A stretch of DNA of 64,000 nt from Octopus vulgaris (GCA_951406725.2 OX597820.1:83514001-83578000), one strand, 5' to 3'; positions 29,026-42,388 are shown, counted from the first letter of the stretch. The notes: generated by a model from the letters alone, not told the origin. Numbers and translations: made by a program.

Positions 29026-30218
29026 ATATTGTTCTCATTAGGCAACTTAACGTATGCATACCAAACGAATATTAAAATATTATTACCTATTGAATTGAAT
29101 GTAACTCTATCAAAATTCTGTGCATTAGTAGAAAAAATCCCAATATAACAGAAGGGCTATCCGAGTAGTTGGAATTTGGGTGTTATTTAAATTTGTGAAT
29201 ATTTTACCAGGGTTATTTAAGAGCCTTTCTATCTGAGAGAGTTCAAGCTCAATCTACTTATTTGGAAAACGTTCAAATATTTTCCTACATGAATTTAAGC
29301 ATTTTAATGCTAACTCCATTTCTTAGATAAATATTCTGCGTTTAGAAATAAGGATATGGAATATTCATATGTGGCAGACATCTCATGTTCGATTCCGATA
29401 AGTAGAGAGTGGAACACTACTAATGATTGGATATTTAATGCCATTGTTCGTATTTTTTATCTTTTAAAGTCCAAATGAGCTTACCTAATAACGTACAGTT
29501 AATTTTTTTCTCTATTTTGGGGAAGATAAAACATGATGATTATCTTATCCTGTTTTAAAATACGGAGAAAAGGACCCTAGGTAATAATCCGAAATAGCAC
29601 CAGGTGTAGTATTACAATGATATACTAAATTATTTCTAACGGACATGTGAGGCGATTTCTAAAATAACAAAATCATTAATATCATTAAACTAGAGAAGTA
29701 TACACAGCATTATCTCCCCTGTTTAAATAGCAAGCATTAATGTATCCAAAGTTTCCAAACTTCCTAACTGCTTTCTGCAAACCAATCAGCTGTAATAAGC
29801 AGTAATTAGTACCAGTATTCAAAGTACTATTACAGCTGTCTCATTCAATCTGGAATAAAAGAAGTTTTGCATGTCATCCTAATAGATTTATTATATATGA
29901 TATACTAAAATTACTGCATAACCAGGACGTTTATGATTGCCTGTCCTAAAAGTCTTAGAGCGCAGCAATGCCATTCATATATGTTAGTATAAGAAGATAT
30001 CATTACAAGTGATGATACTCGCCTGCACGCCTAGCTGGTGTGTGTGAGTGTGTGTGTGTTTGTGCGTGCGTGCAAATGTCTATGTGGCTGCTTGTATATG
30101 TATCTTTCCTGTATCTTATTCATTAATCAATTTAATATACATTTTACATTTAATTTTATTGTTTCATTACATGTTAAAATTTGTTTCCTGCGCTTGCTAT
30201 GTCTATTCATCTACATTT

Positions 30219-30266
<48 letters not shown>

Positions 30267-31201
30267 ATCTGTGTGTGTGTGTAGGTATATATGTATATAT
30301 ATATATAGCTGTGTGTATGTCTTACTGTAGATGCATAAACGTGTGTATATAACTATATAAACATACCATATATTACAAATATTGTTGAAGACATTACATG
30401 AGTACATACATTTTGTGTATACCGCTTTATAGATATATCCGATAGAAAATATTTTGTTGGGTCCATTCCAACTTATTTAAAATCTGTTTCTCCCAAGGAA
30501 ATATCCTTCTCTTCATTGTTAGCTGAGTAAATATTTCTCTGCTTATTTGTTACCTAATAAAGATACATAAACGAATCGATATACAGATTTTTGTGGATTT
30601 TGTCTATCTTTCGTTTAAAGTTTGTCTATTTCCTGTTTCCCCATATTTTAGCTATTTGTATCTTTCCTAAATATACTGTCATTACCTTTTCCGTTTCTTA
30701 ATGTGTACATACACATCGACAATCAAACGCACGAGCACACACTCGCATATATATGCTTGTGTGTGTATACACGTGTGTATGTGTGTGTTTTGTATACATT
30801 TTTATTTTATATTGGTAACTGCAAAGTTGCTTTTATTCTCGCATTTCAAAATTGATTCCTTATAAAATGACATACTCATCACTTTAATTGTAATTAAATA
30901 TCTATTATTTACATAGTAATTATATGATTTATCTTTTCTCCATTCGAGACATGGAAACTGCTATTGAACAAAAGGAATGAAGTTTTTAAATATAATTGAG
31001 AATATTTCAATTTGTATTCTTGCTAAGATCCTGCTCTGAAAATTTGTTGTTAGCTAATGTATTGCTTCTATGATTATTACATTAAAATAATAACGTGCTT
31101 AACAACATATCAAAGAATTCCAATGTTGAATTACAAGGATATATTGTTTCAGTGCTTAGGTATAAATGCTATATATATATAGTACTCTTCTCTAATTTAT
31201 A

Positions 31202-31276
31202 TTGTTGTTGCTGTTGTTGTTACTACTACTAATACTACTACTAAAACAACAACAACCACTACTACTACTACTGTTA

Positions 31277-31311
<35 letters not shown>

Positions 31312-31318
31312 ACTACTG

Positions 31319-31380
<62 letters not shown>

Positions 31381-31388
31381 ACTACTGT

Positions 31389-31444
<56 letters not shown>
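31202..31444. repeat. Compound (TTG)/(CTA)/(CTG)n tract
   Basis: Direct reading; source of the spurious poly-L ORF. Confidence 0.95.
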
Positions 31445-31489
31445 GTGCATGCTAATTTATTCCAGAATATAGGATGGTAGTTTTCTGCA

Positions 31490-32400
31490 GGTCGGCAATG
31501 TCATTCAAGTTCAATTTCTTTCTGTCTTTTAAGCAACAACTTGAGTGTTATGCCATAGAAATAATTGTCTTTTTATTACAACAGCTCTCAGGCTAAATCC
31601 TGATATTATTTTTTCATGCTCTTTGGTATCGACTCTTCTGTCATCGTGAAGTGCAAAATCCATAACCTTGCACTGTTTCTTTACTTTGTCCTTCCTAATT
31701 CTGGCCCGTCTTCTAACTTCAGTAGTATGGTCTGCCTTAATAACGATGTCACATTTGATCTTGTAATCCGCATTGTCTACCACACCGTCTGATTTCAGTT
31801 CACACCACCTTTCTGTTATTTTGAGGCTGCATGCTCCAATGATATTCGAAAGTACTCTTTTGCCTTTCAGTAATGTCAGCGCTTGTATTCCTTTTGTGCA
31901 CTCACTCAAAATGTGACTGATTCTCTCCTTTCTTGCAGATTCTACATATGTTTTCTGAATTTCGTCGATTTTTCCGTTTATCAGATTTGTTCTAAGGGCT
32001 TGTTTCTGAACAATTAAAATTAACGTTGCCTATATTATAGGCTTCAATTCCTATATTTTCAGTTCGTTGCATTAATCAGTCATGCCGTTCAATTTCTTTC
32101 CATTTGTCCGTTCTGTTGTTCTTCCTTGTGTGTTTGAATTATTCTCTTCTTTGAGTAATTTTGTTTTGCATCCCTACTTGCCGAAAGTATTCTTCCTCTA
32201 CTCTGCACAACATAATTTTTAGCCCCAGTATCGAAGTATCTTCCGCACTAAGTATTCCTTTGCCACCTTCCTTTTAGACAGATACAGTTGGTCGGTATTG
32301 CTTTTAGGATTCAGAGCGCTATGCATTGCTAGATACTTTCTGGTCCCGCACTCAATCTTTCTCTATTGCAGAAGGGAACAGGATATCGTAATACTGACAT
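31490..32400 (-). mobile_element. Decayed RLE-clade (R4/Dong-like) LINE, 3' portion
   Basis: Minus-strand fragments TRKYLAMHSALNPKSNTDQLYL, an ALRTN...CRICKK...HILSECTK knuckle (frameshifted), and the RLE-like region in ORF 31529-31909 (GVVDNADYKI...DHTTEVRR...DKVKKQCKVMDFALHDDRRVDTKEHEKI). Confidence 0.7.
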
Positions 32401-32655
32401 TATCCATGAGTTCATGTCGTTAATGATGTTCGCTCAAATTTAATTTGCTTTCAGCACCTTCCTAAATCTCCACTTGTAAAATTTAGTAACCATCTCTCTG
32501 ATTTCTCTTTCCAATATCGCATCGCTTTGCTGTACTTTGGAGATATTTCTTTACCACATTATTCCATAGTGATCTAACAATAATATCTAGTGGTAATTTT
32601 ATGTACATGTTTGCTAGGGTGTGTACATACGGAGGCATGTCTATCTGTATCTATC

Positions 32656-32686
<31 letters not shown>

Positions 32687-32982
32687 TTTTCTATGTATTT
32701 ATATGTTTGTTTTCTGCCTGTATATCTGTTTATACTACTACATACATATATACCTATGCATATAAATATATATGCATGTTTGTATGCAAATATGCTGGCG
32801 CCCATGTTTCATTTTTGGAAGAAAAAAAAATCCTTAATCGGTGTTATCGAGACCTTCACGTCAACAACTTCCCTTCAGACACGTGTGAATTGTCATTCCC
32901 TTGGAAAGAGGAAGAAGAATTAAATTCTGGAAGGGAAAGAATTGGAACTGAATTAATAGTAAAGATAAGAATAAATAATTAT

Positions 32983-33415
32983 ATTCTTTTATTCTTTTAT
33001 TCTTTTACTTGTTTCAGTCATTTGACTGCGGCCATGCTGGAGCACCGCCTTTAATCGAGCAACTCGACCCCGTTACTTATTCTTTTGTAAGCCCAATACT
33101 TATTCTATCGGTCTCTTTTGCCGAACCGCTAAGTAACGGGGACATAAACACACCAGCATCGTTTGTCAAGCAATGCTAGGAAGACAAGCACAGACACAAA
33201 CACATACACGCATTGGGCGGAATGCTTAGCGGTATTTCGTCTGTCGTTACGTTCTGAGTTCAAATTCCGCCAAGGTCGACTTTGCCTTTCATCCTTTCGG
33301 GGTCGATAAATAAAAGTACCAGTTTCGCACTGGGGTCGATGTAATCGACTTAATCCCTTTGTCTGTCCTTGTTTGTCCTCCCCTCTATGTTTAGCCCCTT
33401 GTGGGCAATAAAGAA

Positions 33416-33446
<31 letters not shown>

Positions 33447-33611
33447 TACGACGGGCTTCTTTCAGTTTCTGTCTACCAAATCCACTCACAAGGCTTTGGT
33501 CGGCCCGAGGCTATAGTAGAAGACACCTACCCAAGGTGCCACGCAGTGGGACTGAACCCGGAACCATGTGGTTGGTAAACAAGCTACCTACCGCACAGCC
33601 ACTCCTGCGCC
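32983..33611 (-). mobile_element. SINE family C, interrupted by a family B SINE
   Basis: Reverse complement of the 26463 copy in two parts (32983-33212 and 33418-33611). Confidence 0.9.
33213..33417 (+). mobile_element. 5'-truncated SINE family B nested in a family C SINE
   Basis: aatgcttagcggtatttcgtc...gcctttcatcctttcggggtcgataaa...gtgggcaataaagaaa. Confidence 0.85.
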
Positions 33612-35839
33612 TATATGTATATTATTTATAACTATTACGTGAGCGATAATACTTTGAAAGGATTTGAAAACAACGTATGTATGTGTGTGTGTGTGTAGTA
33701 GGGTGGGTATGTGAATATGATCTATGAAATTGATAAATTTAATATAACTGATGATAAAATTTAGCAATTTCATGTTGATTAAAATACCAGCAGCTGTAGA
33801 GCAGAACCTCTTACTATTGTTTACTTGTATTTAGCATCTCTGACTGTCACTCGCTCTATTCTCCTCTATCAGCGTGACTGGAATCTGAAACACATTGAGT
33901 TTATTATATATGAGATATTTATTATTCTTTTTATACGCATCTGTTGTCTTGTTTGCTATTCAATATTTGCCGTTCATAGTAAGTTTTAGTCTTCATTCAA
34001 CATATTATTATTTCTCTACCTGACATCGTTATTAATAACAACGTGTTTCATAGTTTTTATGCTCATGTCTGCTTGTATATGTTTATATATGTATGTTTGA
34101 TTCTGAGTGCATGTGTTTGCATGTGTGAGTATACATATGTATCAACATCTATAATTATGTGTTCACGATAGCGTTCCAGTATTTTGAACTTTATAATTTT
34201 TTCTTTATCAATCACCAACGTAGCAAGCTGACAATGTCCGTCTATTTTACTGGAATCATTCTTTATTTTCTATCACCGATCTCACATTCGATTTTTATCT
34301 TTGACAGCCAGTTAAACACGCAACGATTTCAACGATAGCGTCTGTAATGTGTCACCTTATTTTCCCATTTAATTTCCGTTTTAGCAGTACTCAGCTTTAC
34401 AAAATAGATATTAATTTAGAAATAAGGAGAAAAACGAAATCAAGGAACAAATAAATGAGTAAAAGAGGAAAAAAAAATGTATGCTCGTAAAACATCACGA
34501 TAACTTCTCTTCTTTTATTGTTATTATTAATGTAATATTTGCAGCCTGAAATGCCATTTATGTTATCGCTCTATTGTTTTGTAAAAATTTTTTTTTTTTT
34601 TCTTACTTCCCCCGACTAAATTTTATTACACTTTATTTTTCAGAGCTCATCATTGCAGAATAATTTGTCTGCAGTGAGAGGGAGATGCTTTGTTTCATGT
34701 CTGTCCATTTAAATGGGGTGAGCCTATTGCTTAAAGCTTGGAAAACATTTTCCTCCATGGAAAACAACGTACAAATAAATGTAACAAAAGAGATCGCAAT
34801 AAAAAAGCGATGGCAAGCAAATATAACCGTATTTGAAGTGACCATAGTTGTAAATTGGCAAGGAAAATTTGTTTTAATATTGTCGCAGAGCAAGACATCA
34901 CATACCATACCGTCTCTTCCAGTATTATGACAAGTAGGAATAGTAATAATTCCAGAGGAGGAATAACAGTAAATTCCACAGGCGTTTACTTCCTTTCCAA
35001 TAACACTTTGATAATAATTATCTCAAGTACCACTGCAGGCTACTCCATGCAGCATCTAATATGTACCAACAATACCAATACTATAGTGTCAGTTTAGTTT
35101 TTAGAAAGTGGTTCCAATATAACAATATCGCATTATGACTGAACAAAAATGATGGTTTGTTTTCTGCTAGAATGACTTTGATGAAGTGTGACCCAGATGA
35201 TGTGTGATCTGAAGCTAGACAATATTATCGACAACATTACGATCCCATCATATATTTTATGTCCATGAAAACAAATAACAAAGCGCTTGGCCGTGGAAGC
35301 AATAAAACCTAGTGTAAAAACAAATATTTTGAGCTCCGAGTATACGAAGAGCAGCAAAAACATTCTGAGCAGTAATTTGAAATTATCTATCGAACGAGTA
35401 ATTAAAGAGCAATGAGTTAGGGAAATTAATACACATGTATGTAGGGTGCTGCGCAGGCTTAAGAGCTCAGTCGGAGTATTGTGTATTGTGGCGCTGTAAT
35501 AAAAGTGGAGAAAATGGAGGACATTGGAAAGTAATTAACACAAAACTACCGTGGTGTGCACTTCAGTAACCCGCTTCCAACTTACGGTAAAAGATGCTTG
35601 ATAGAGATGTAAATTACAGGAAATGAAAACAAATAAGAAACGTGACAGTACAAGAAAGTGTTGGAACATTTATCAATCGTCAGCTCTTCGTTCGAGTAAA
35701 CTTAATCTTCGAAAGATCAATGTGGTACACTGATCTACAAGCACACGTTTTACCACTGACTATTTGGAGGTGTTGTACATATTGGTGGCATAAAATATAA
35801 ACCAATATTTCCTTGCATGTGTGTGAGAGCGTCCGTGTG

Positions 35840-35884
<45 letters not shown>

Positions 35885-35897
35885 ATAGACAGATATA

Positions 35898-36280
<383 letters not shown>

Positions 36281-36441
36281 GAAGGAGTTTCTACAGGACT
36301 AGAACTGTTTCATTCAAGAGAAATCTTCAGGAACTTCAGTTCTAGTCCTGTAGAAGCTCCTTCTATATAATAAATTAATTTTACTCTGCTATGTATTGAG
36401 TACCTTATTTACTGTGGTTAACCCCGAATCAACCCGGGACC

Positions 36442-36480
<39 letters not shown>

Positions 36481-36502
36481 TCACATACATATGTGTATAT
36501 AC

Positions 36503-36598
36503 ATATATCGGTTCTATTCCAGCAAAAACTGTCCGACGAACGGGAACGTGAAGCTCAGAGGAAAAGGTCTTGTAAAATTTTCTTCTGCTTTTAAATAC
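36503..36598 (+). mobile_element. Inverted, more degraded copy of the 35898-36062 element
   Basis: atatatcggttctattccagcaaaaactgtccgacgaacgggaacgtg is the reverse complement of about 36021-36068 with 2 mismatches; ctgcttttaaata is also shared. Confidence 0.7.
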
Positions 36599-36633
<35 letters not shown>

Positions 36634-36684
36634 AGTGTGTGTGTATGTGTGTATGTGTGTGTATGTGTGTGTGTGTATGTATAT

Positions 36685-36729
<45 letters not shown>

Positions 36730-36898
36730 TCACTAAAAAATTGAGAAGCATCTATTAGAGATGCTTTAGTTTCAGACACTGAAAAATTAATTAATTAAAT
36801 TAAATATTATGAGGAAGTTGAATCTCTTCAGAGGTAATTACAGATATGCAAAATAGCTGTACAACAATTCCTATCAGTTTGAGTAAACAGCTGCAAAC

Positions 36899-36975
<77 letters not shown>

Positions 36976-37091
36976 CATATATAAATATATATATATATAT
37001 ACTATACATATAAATATACATGTATATATATACATACATATAAATATACACATATCAATATACATACATATAAATATATATATATATATAT

Positions 37092-37192
<101 letters not shown>

Positions 37193-37218
37193 CATACATA
37201 TAAATATACATATATATA

Positions 37219-37341
37219 GACGCAGGAGTGGCTGTGTGGGAAGTAGCTTGTTTAAACAGCCACATGGTTCCGGGTTCATTAAAGGTGGCGCTCAAGCATG
37301 GCCGCAGTGAAATGACTGAAACAAGTAAAAGAGTAAAAGAG

Positions 37342-37343
<2 letters not shown>
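37219..37343 (+). mobile_element. SINE family C with large internal deletion
   Basis: tRNA head up to gggttca (37277) joined directly to the 3' tail taaaggtggcgctcaagcatggcc...aagtaaaagagta. Confidence 0.85.
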
Positions 37344-37379
<36 letters not shown>

Positions 37380-37382
37380 ATT

Positions 37383-37734
37383 GGAGATGTACTCGCATAG
37401 CAAGTAATTTGATCTGAGATCGTGTGCTGAAACGAAAACAATTGCAGCGTGGAAGGTGTTTATAAGCCATTTAAGAAACACACAAAAGCCGTTCGATTCA
37501 CTTCGACATTTAAGTTTAATTTGTTAAAATATTTTCGCCGCTAAAATCCGCGACCTGTTCACTGACAAAGTCCGTGCTGCATCTCTGAGATGCAGCACGG
37601 ACTTTGTCAGTGAACAGGTCGCGGATTTTAGCGGCGAAAATATTTTGACAAATTAAACTTAAATGTCGAGGTGAATCGAACGGCTTTTGTGTGTTTCTTA
37701 AATGGCTTATAAACACCTTCCACGCTGCAATTGT
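37383..37734. mobile_element. Penelope-like terminal repeat folded back into a 297-bp palindrome (37438-37734)
   Basis: 148-bp arms around a single T at 37586 with 2 mismatches; homologous to 14887-15118; flanked by (TA)n. Confidence 0.75.
37603..37652 (+). ncRNA. Minimal type-I hammerhead-like motif, G3:C8 core variant
   Basis: UUUGUCA / GUGAACA / G / GUCGC-ggauuuua-GCGGC / GAA / AAUAUU palindrome / U / UGACAAA. The mirror copy is on the minus strand at 37520-37569. Confidence 0.55.
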
Positions 37735-37746
37735 ATATATATATAT

Positions 37747-40151
37747 ATTGCGCCAGAGAAAAAATTTGTTTGCTTGTTATCAGTCGTAAGACACTGTTGT
37801 TTTCACCGTTAATGCTTCTGTATTTCATGTTTCTGTATTCCATTATTGTTTTTTGTTTTTTTATATCTGTCCCTTTTGCTGTCCTGGTGTTCGTATGCAT
37901 TCGATCCTTCTTCCAGGAAATCTACGCTTCCAGCTTAGTTTTTCTAATGCTCGTTGCTTGGTTTTTCTTGGAGGGCTGGCCGTGATCTAGTAATCTCAAG
38001 ATTAATCAGCCGAAATTACTACGATGATCCGGTTCTTGACTGAAGACTGAGGGTTTCGAATGTCCTGTCCGTGTTTATTGTGTCGTCTTCTAAGAGTTAT
38101 ACGTTCTTGTCCATGTTGTATTTTTCTACATACCTTAACATATATTCCAGGCGCCCCGTACCCCCCTTAACATTTATGTGAGCACATATTCTTAATAATT
38201 GGTACGACTCTCTGTTTGTCTCTCTCTCTCTCTCTCATTTTTACTTGATCTGTCCCCCTCTCTCTCTTTTCTCTCTACTCATCCTCTTTTTCTCTTCTCT
38301 TTCCTCTGATTCTTTGGTCTAGTCTTCCACTACCCTCCTATTTCTTTGTCTCGCTCTGCACTCACTGGTCATTCTTCGACACCCATCCCTTCTCCTCTCT
38401 GATTCCTTCTTTCTCTCTCTTCTCTCTCTTTGTTGCGTTTGTCCCTCCTCTCTCTCTCTCCTCTCTCTCTCTCTTCCTTTGCTTCTCTTTCTTTTCTTTT
38501 CCCTCTTCTCTGTCACGTGACTGTTGGCCGAAATCTGCCTTTCAGCTTCTGACCCTCGTCGTGTTAACATCGCTGTTTTCGTCCGCCACTATAAAGGCTT
38601 TTTCCATTGCGCCAGAGAAAAAAATTGTTTGCTTGTTATCAGTCGTAAGACACTGTTGTTTTCACCGTTATTGCTTCTGTATTTCATGTTTCTGTATTCC
38701 ATTATTGTTTTTTGTTTTTTTATATCTGTCCCTTTTGCTGTCCTGGTGTTCGTATGCATTCGATCCTTCTTCCAGGAAATCTACGCTTCCAGCTTAGTTT
38801 TTCTAATGCTCGTTGCTTGGTTTTTCTTGGAGGGCTGGCCGTGATCTAGTAATCTCAAGATTAATCAGCCGAAATTACTACGATGATCCGGTTCTTGACT
38901 GAAGACTGAGGGTTTCGAATGTCCTGTCCGTGTTTATTGTGTCGTCTTCTAAGAGTTATACGTTCTTGTCCATGTTGTATTTTTCTACATACCTTAACAT
39001 ATATTCCAGGCGCCCCGTACCCCCCTTAACATTTATGTGAGCACATATTCTTAATAATTGGTACGACTCTCTGTTTGTCTCTCTCTCTCTCTCATTTTTA
39101 CTTGATCTGTCCCCCTCTCTCTCTTTTCTCTCTACTCATCCTCTTTTCTCTTCTCTTTCCTCTGATTCTTTGGTCTAGTCTTCCACTACCCTCCTATTTC
39201 TTTGTCTCGCTCTGCACTCACTGGTCATTCTTCGACACCCATCCCTTCTCCTCTCTGATTCCTTCTTTCTCTCTCTTCTCTCTCTTTGTTGCGTTTGTCC
39301 CTCCTCTCTCTCTCTCCTCTCTCTCTCTCTTCCTTTGCTTCTCTTTCTTTTCTTTTCCCTCTTCTCTGTCACGTGACTGTTGGCCGAAATCTGCCTTTCA
39401 GCTCCTGACCCTCGTCGTGTTAACATCGCTGTTTTCGTCCGCCACTATAAAGGCTTTTTCCATTGCGCCAGAGAAAAAAATTTGTTTGCTTGTTATCAGT
39501 CGTAAGACACTGTTGTTTTCACCGTTAATGCTTCTGTATTTCATGTTTCTGTATTCCATTATTGTTTTTTGTTTTTTTATATCTGTCCCTTTTGCTGTCC
39601 TGGTGTTCGTATGCATTCGATCCTTCTTCCAGGAAATCTACGCTTCCAGCTTAGTTTTTCTAATGCTCGTTGCTTGGTTTTTCTTGGAGGGCTGGCCGTG
39701 ATCTAGTAATCTCAAGATTAATCAGCCGAAATTACTACGATGATCCGGTTCTTGACTGAAGACTGAGGGTTTCGAATGTCCTGTCCGTGTTTATTGTGTC
39801 GTCTTCTAAGAGTTATACGTTCTTGTCCATGTTGTATTTTTCTACATACCTTAACATATATTCCAGGCGCCCCGTACCCCCCTTAACATTGTGAGCACAT
39901 ATTCTTAATAATTGGTACGACTCTCTGTTTGTCTCTCTCTCTCTCTCATTTTTCTTGATCTGTCCCCCTCTCTCTCTTTTCTCTCTACTCATCCTCTTTT
40001 TCTCTTCTCTTTCCTCTGATTCTTTGGTCTAGTCTTCCACTACCCTCCTATTTCTTTGTCTCGCTCTGCACTCATTCATTCTTCGACACCCATCCCTTCT
40101 CCTCTCTGATTCCTTCTTTCTCTCTCTTCTTTCTCTTTGTTGCGTTTGTCC

Positions 40152-40185
<34 letters not shown>

Positions 40186-42388
40186 TTCGCTTCTCTTTCT
40201 TTTCTTTTCCCTCTTCTCTGTCAGTGACTGTTGGCCGAAAAAGCTTCTGACCCTCGTCGTGTTAACATCGTTTTTCGTCCGCCACTATAAAGTTTTTCCA
40301 TCAGTTTGTTTGCTTGTTATCAGTCGTAAGACACTGTTGTTTTCACCGTTAATGCTTCTGTATTTCATGTTTCTGTATTCCATTATTGTTTTTTGTTTTT
40401 TTATATCTGTCCCTTTTGCTGTCCTGGTGTTCGTATGCATTCGATCCTTCTTCCAGGAAATCTACGCTTCCAGCTTAGTTTTTCTAATGCTCGTTGCTTG
40501 GTTTTTCTTGGAGGGCTGGCCGTGATCTAGTAATCTCAAGATTAATCAGCCGAAATTACTACGATGATCCGGTTCTTGACTGAAGACTGAGGGTTTCGAA
40601 TGTCCTGTCCGTGTTTATTGTGTCGTCTTCTAAGAGTTATACGTTCTTGTCCATGTTGTATTTTTCTACATACCTTAACATATATTCCAGGCGCCCCGTA
40701 CCCCCCTTAACATTTATGTGAGCACATATTCTTAATAATTGGTACGACTCTCTGTTTGTCTCTCTCTCTCTCTCTCATTTTTACTTGATCTGTCCCCCTC
40801 TCTCTCTTTTCTCTCTACTCATCCTCTTTTTCTCTTCTCTTTCCTCTGATTCTTTGGTCTAGTCTTCCACTACCCTCCTATTTCTTTGTCTCGCTCTGCA
40901 CTCACTGGTCATTCTTCGACACCCATCCCTTCTCCTCTCTGATTCCTTCTTTCTCTCTCTTCTCTCTCTTTGTTGCGTTTGTCCCTCCTCTCTCTCTCTC
41001 TCTCTCTCTCTCTTCCTTCGCTTCTCTTTCTTTTCTTTTCCTCTTCTCTGTCACGTGACTGTTGGCCGAAATCTGCCTTTCAGCTTCTGACCCTCGTCGT
41101 GTTAACATCGCTGTTTTCGTCCGCCACTATAAAGGCTTTTTCCATTGCGCCAGAGAAAAAATTTGTTTGCTTGTTATCAGTCGTAAGACACTGTTGTTTT
41201 CACCGTTATTGCTTCTGTATTTCATGTTTCTGTATTCCATTATTGTTTTTTGTTTTTTTATATCTGTCCCTTTTGCTGTCCTGGTGTTCGTATGCATTCG
41301 ATCCTTCTTCCAGGAAATCTACGCTTCCAGCTTAGTTTTTCTAATGCTCGTTGCTTGGTTTTTCTTGGAGGGCTGGCCGTGATCTAGTAATCTCAAGATT
41401 AATCAGCCGAAATTACTACGATGATCCGGTTCTTGACTGAAGACTGAGGGTTTCGAATGTCCTGTCCGTGTTTATTGTGTCGTCTTCTAAGAGTTATACG
41501 TTCTTGTCCATGTTGTATTTTTCTACATACCTTAACATATATTCCAGGCGCCCCGTACCCCCCTTAACATTTATGTGAGCACATATTCTTAATAATTGGT
41601 ACGACTCTCTGTTTGTCTCTCTCTCTCTCTCATTTTTACTTGATCTGTCCCCCTCTCTCTCTTTTCTCTCTACTCATCCTCTTTTTCTCTTCTCTTTCCT
41701 CTGATTCTTTGGTCTAGTCTTCCACTACCCTCCTATTTCTTTGTCTCGCTCTGCACTCACTGGTCATTCTTCGACACCCATCCCTTCTCCTCTCTGATTC
41801 CTTCTTTCTCTCTCTTCTCTCTCTTTGTTGCGTTTGTCCCTCCTCTCTCTCTCTCCTCTCTCTCTCTCTTCCTTTGCTTCTCTTTCTTTTCTTTTCCCTC
41901 TTCTCTGTCACGTGACTGTTGGCCGGAATCTGCCTTTCAGCTTCTGACCCTCGTCGTGTTAACATCGCTGTTTTCGTCCGCCACTATAAAGGCTTTTTCC
42001 ATTGCGCCAGAGAAAAAATTTGTTTGCTTGTTATCAGTCGTAAGACACTGTTGTTTTCACCGTTAATGCTTCTGTATTTCATGTTTCTGTATTCCATTAT
42101 TGTTTTTTGTTTTTTTATATCTGTCCCTTTTGCTGTCCTGGTGTTCGTATGCATTCGATCCTTCTTCCAGGAAATCTACGCTTCCAGCTTAGTTTTTCTA
42201 ATGCTCGTTGCTTGGTTTTTCTTGGAGGGCTGGCCGTGATCTAGTAATCTCAAGATTAATCAGCCGAAATTACTACGATGATCCGGTTCTTGACTGAAGA
42301 CTGAGGGTTTCGAATGTCCTGTCCGTGTTTATTGTGTCGTCTTCTAAGAGTTATACGTTCTTGTCCCTGTTGTATTTTTCTACATACC

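Noticed and set aside
38030-38065. CTGAAGA...TTCGAATGTC in each array unit as a hammerhead
   Set aside because: GAAA is incomplete (GAAT), helix II is marginal and I could not find a helix I partner; left unclaimed.
37731-42239. Repeated hydrophobic 84-208 aa ORFs in the array as a membrane-protein gene cluster
   Set aside because: They arise from CT/T-rich composition, differ in frame and start between units, and show no recognisable motif.
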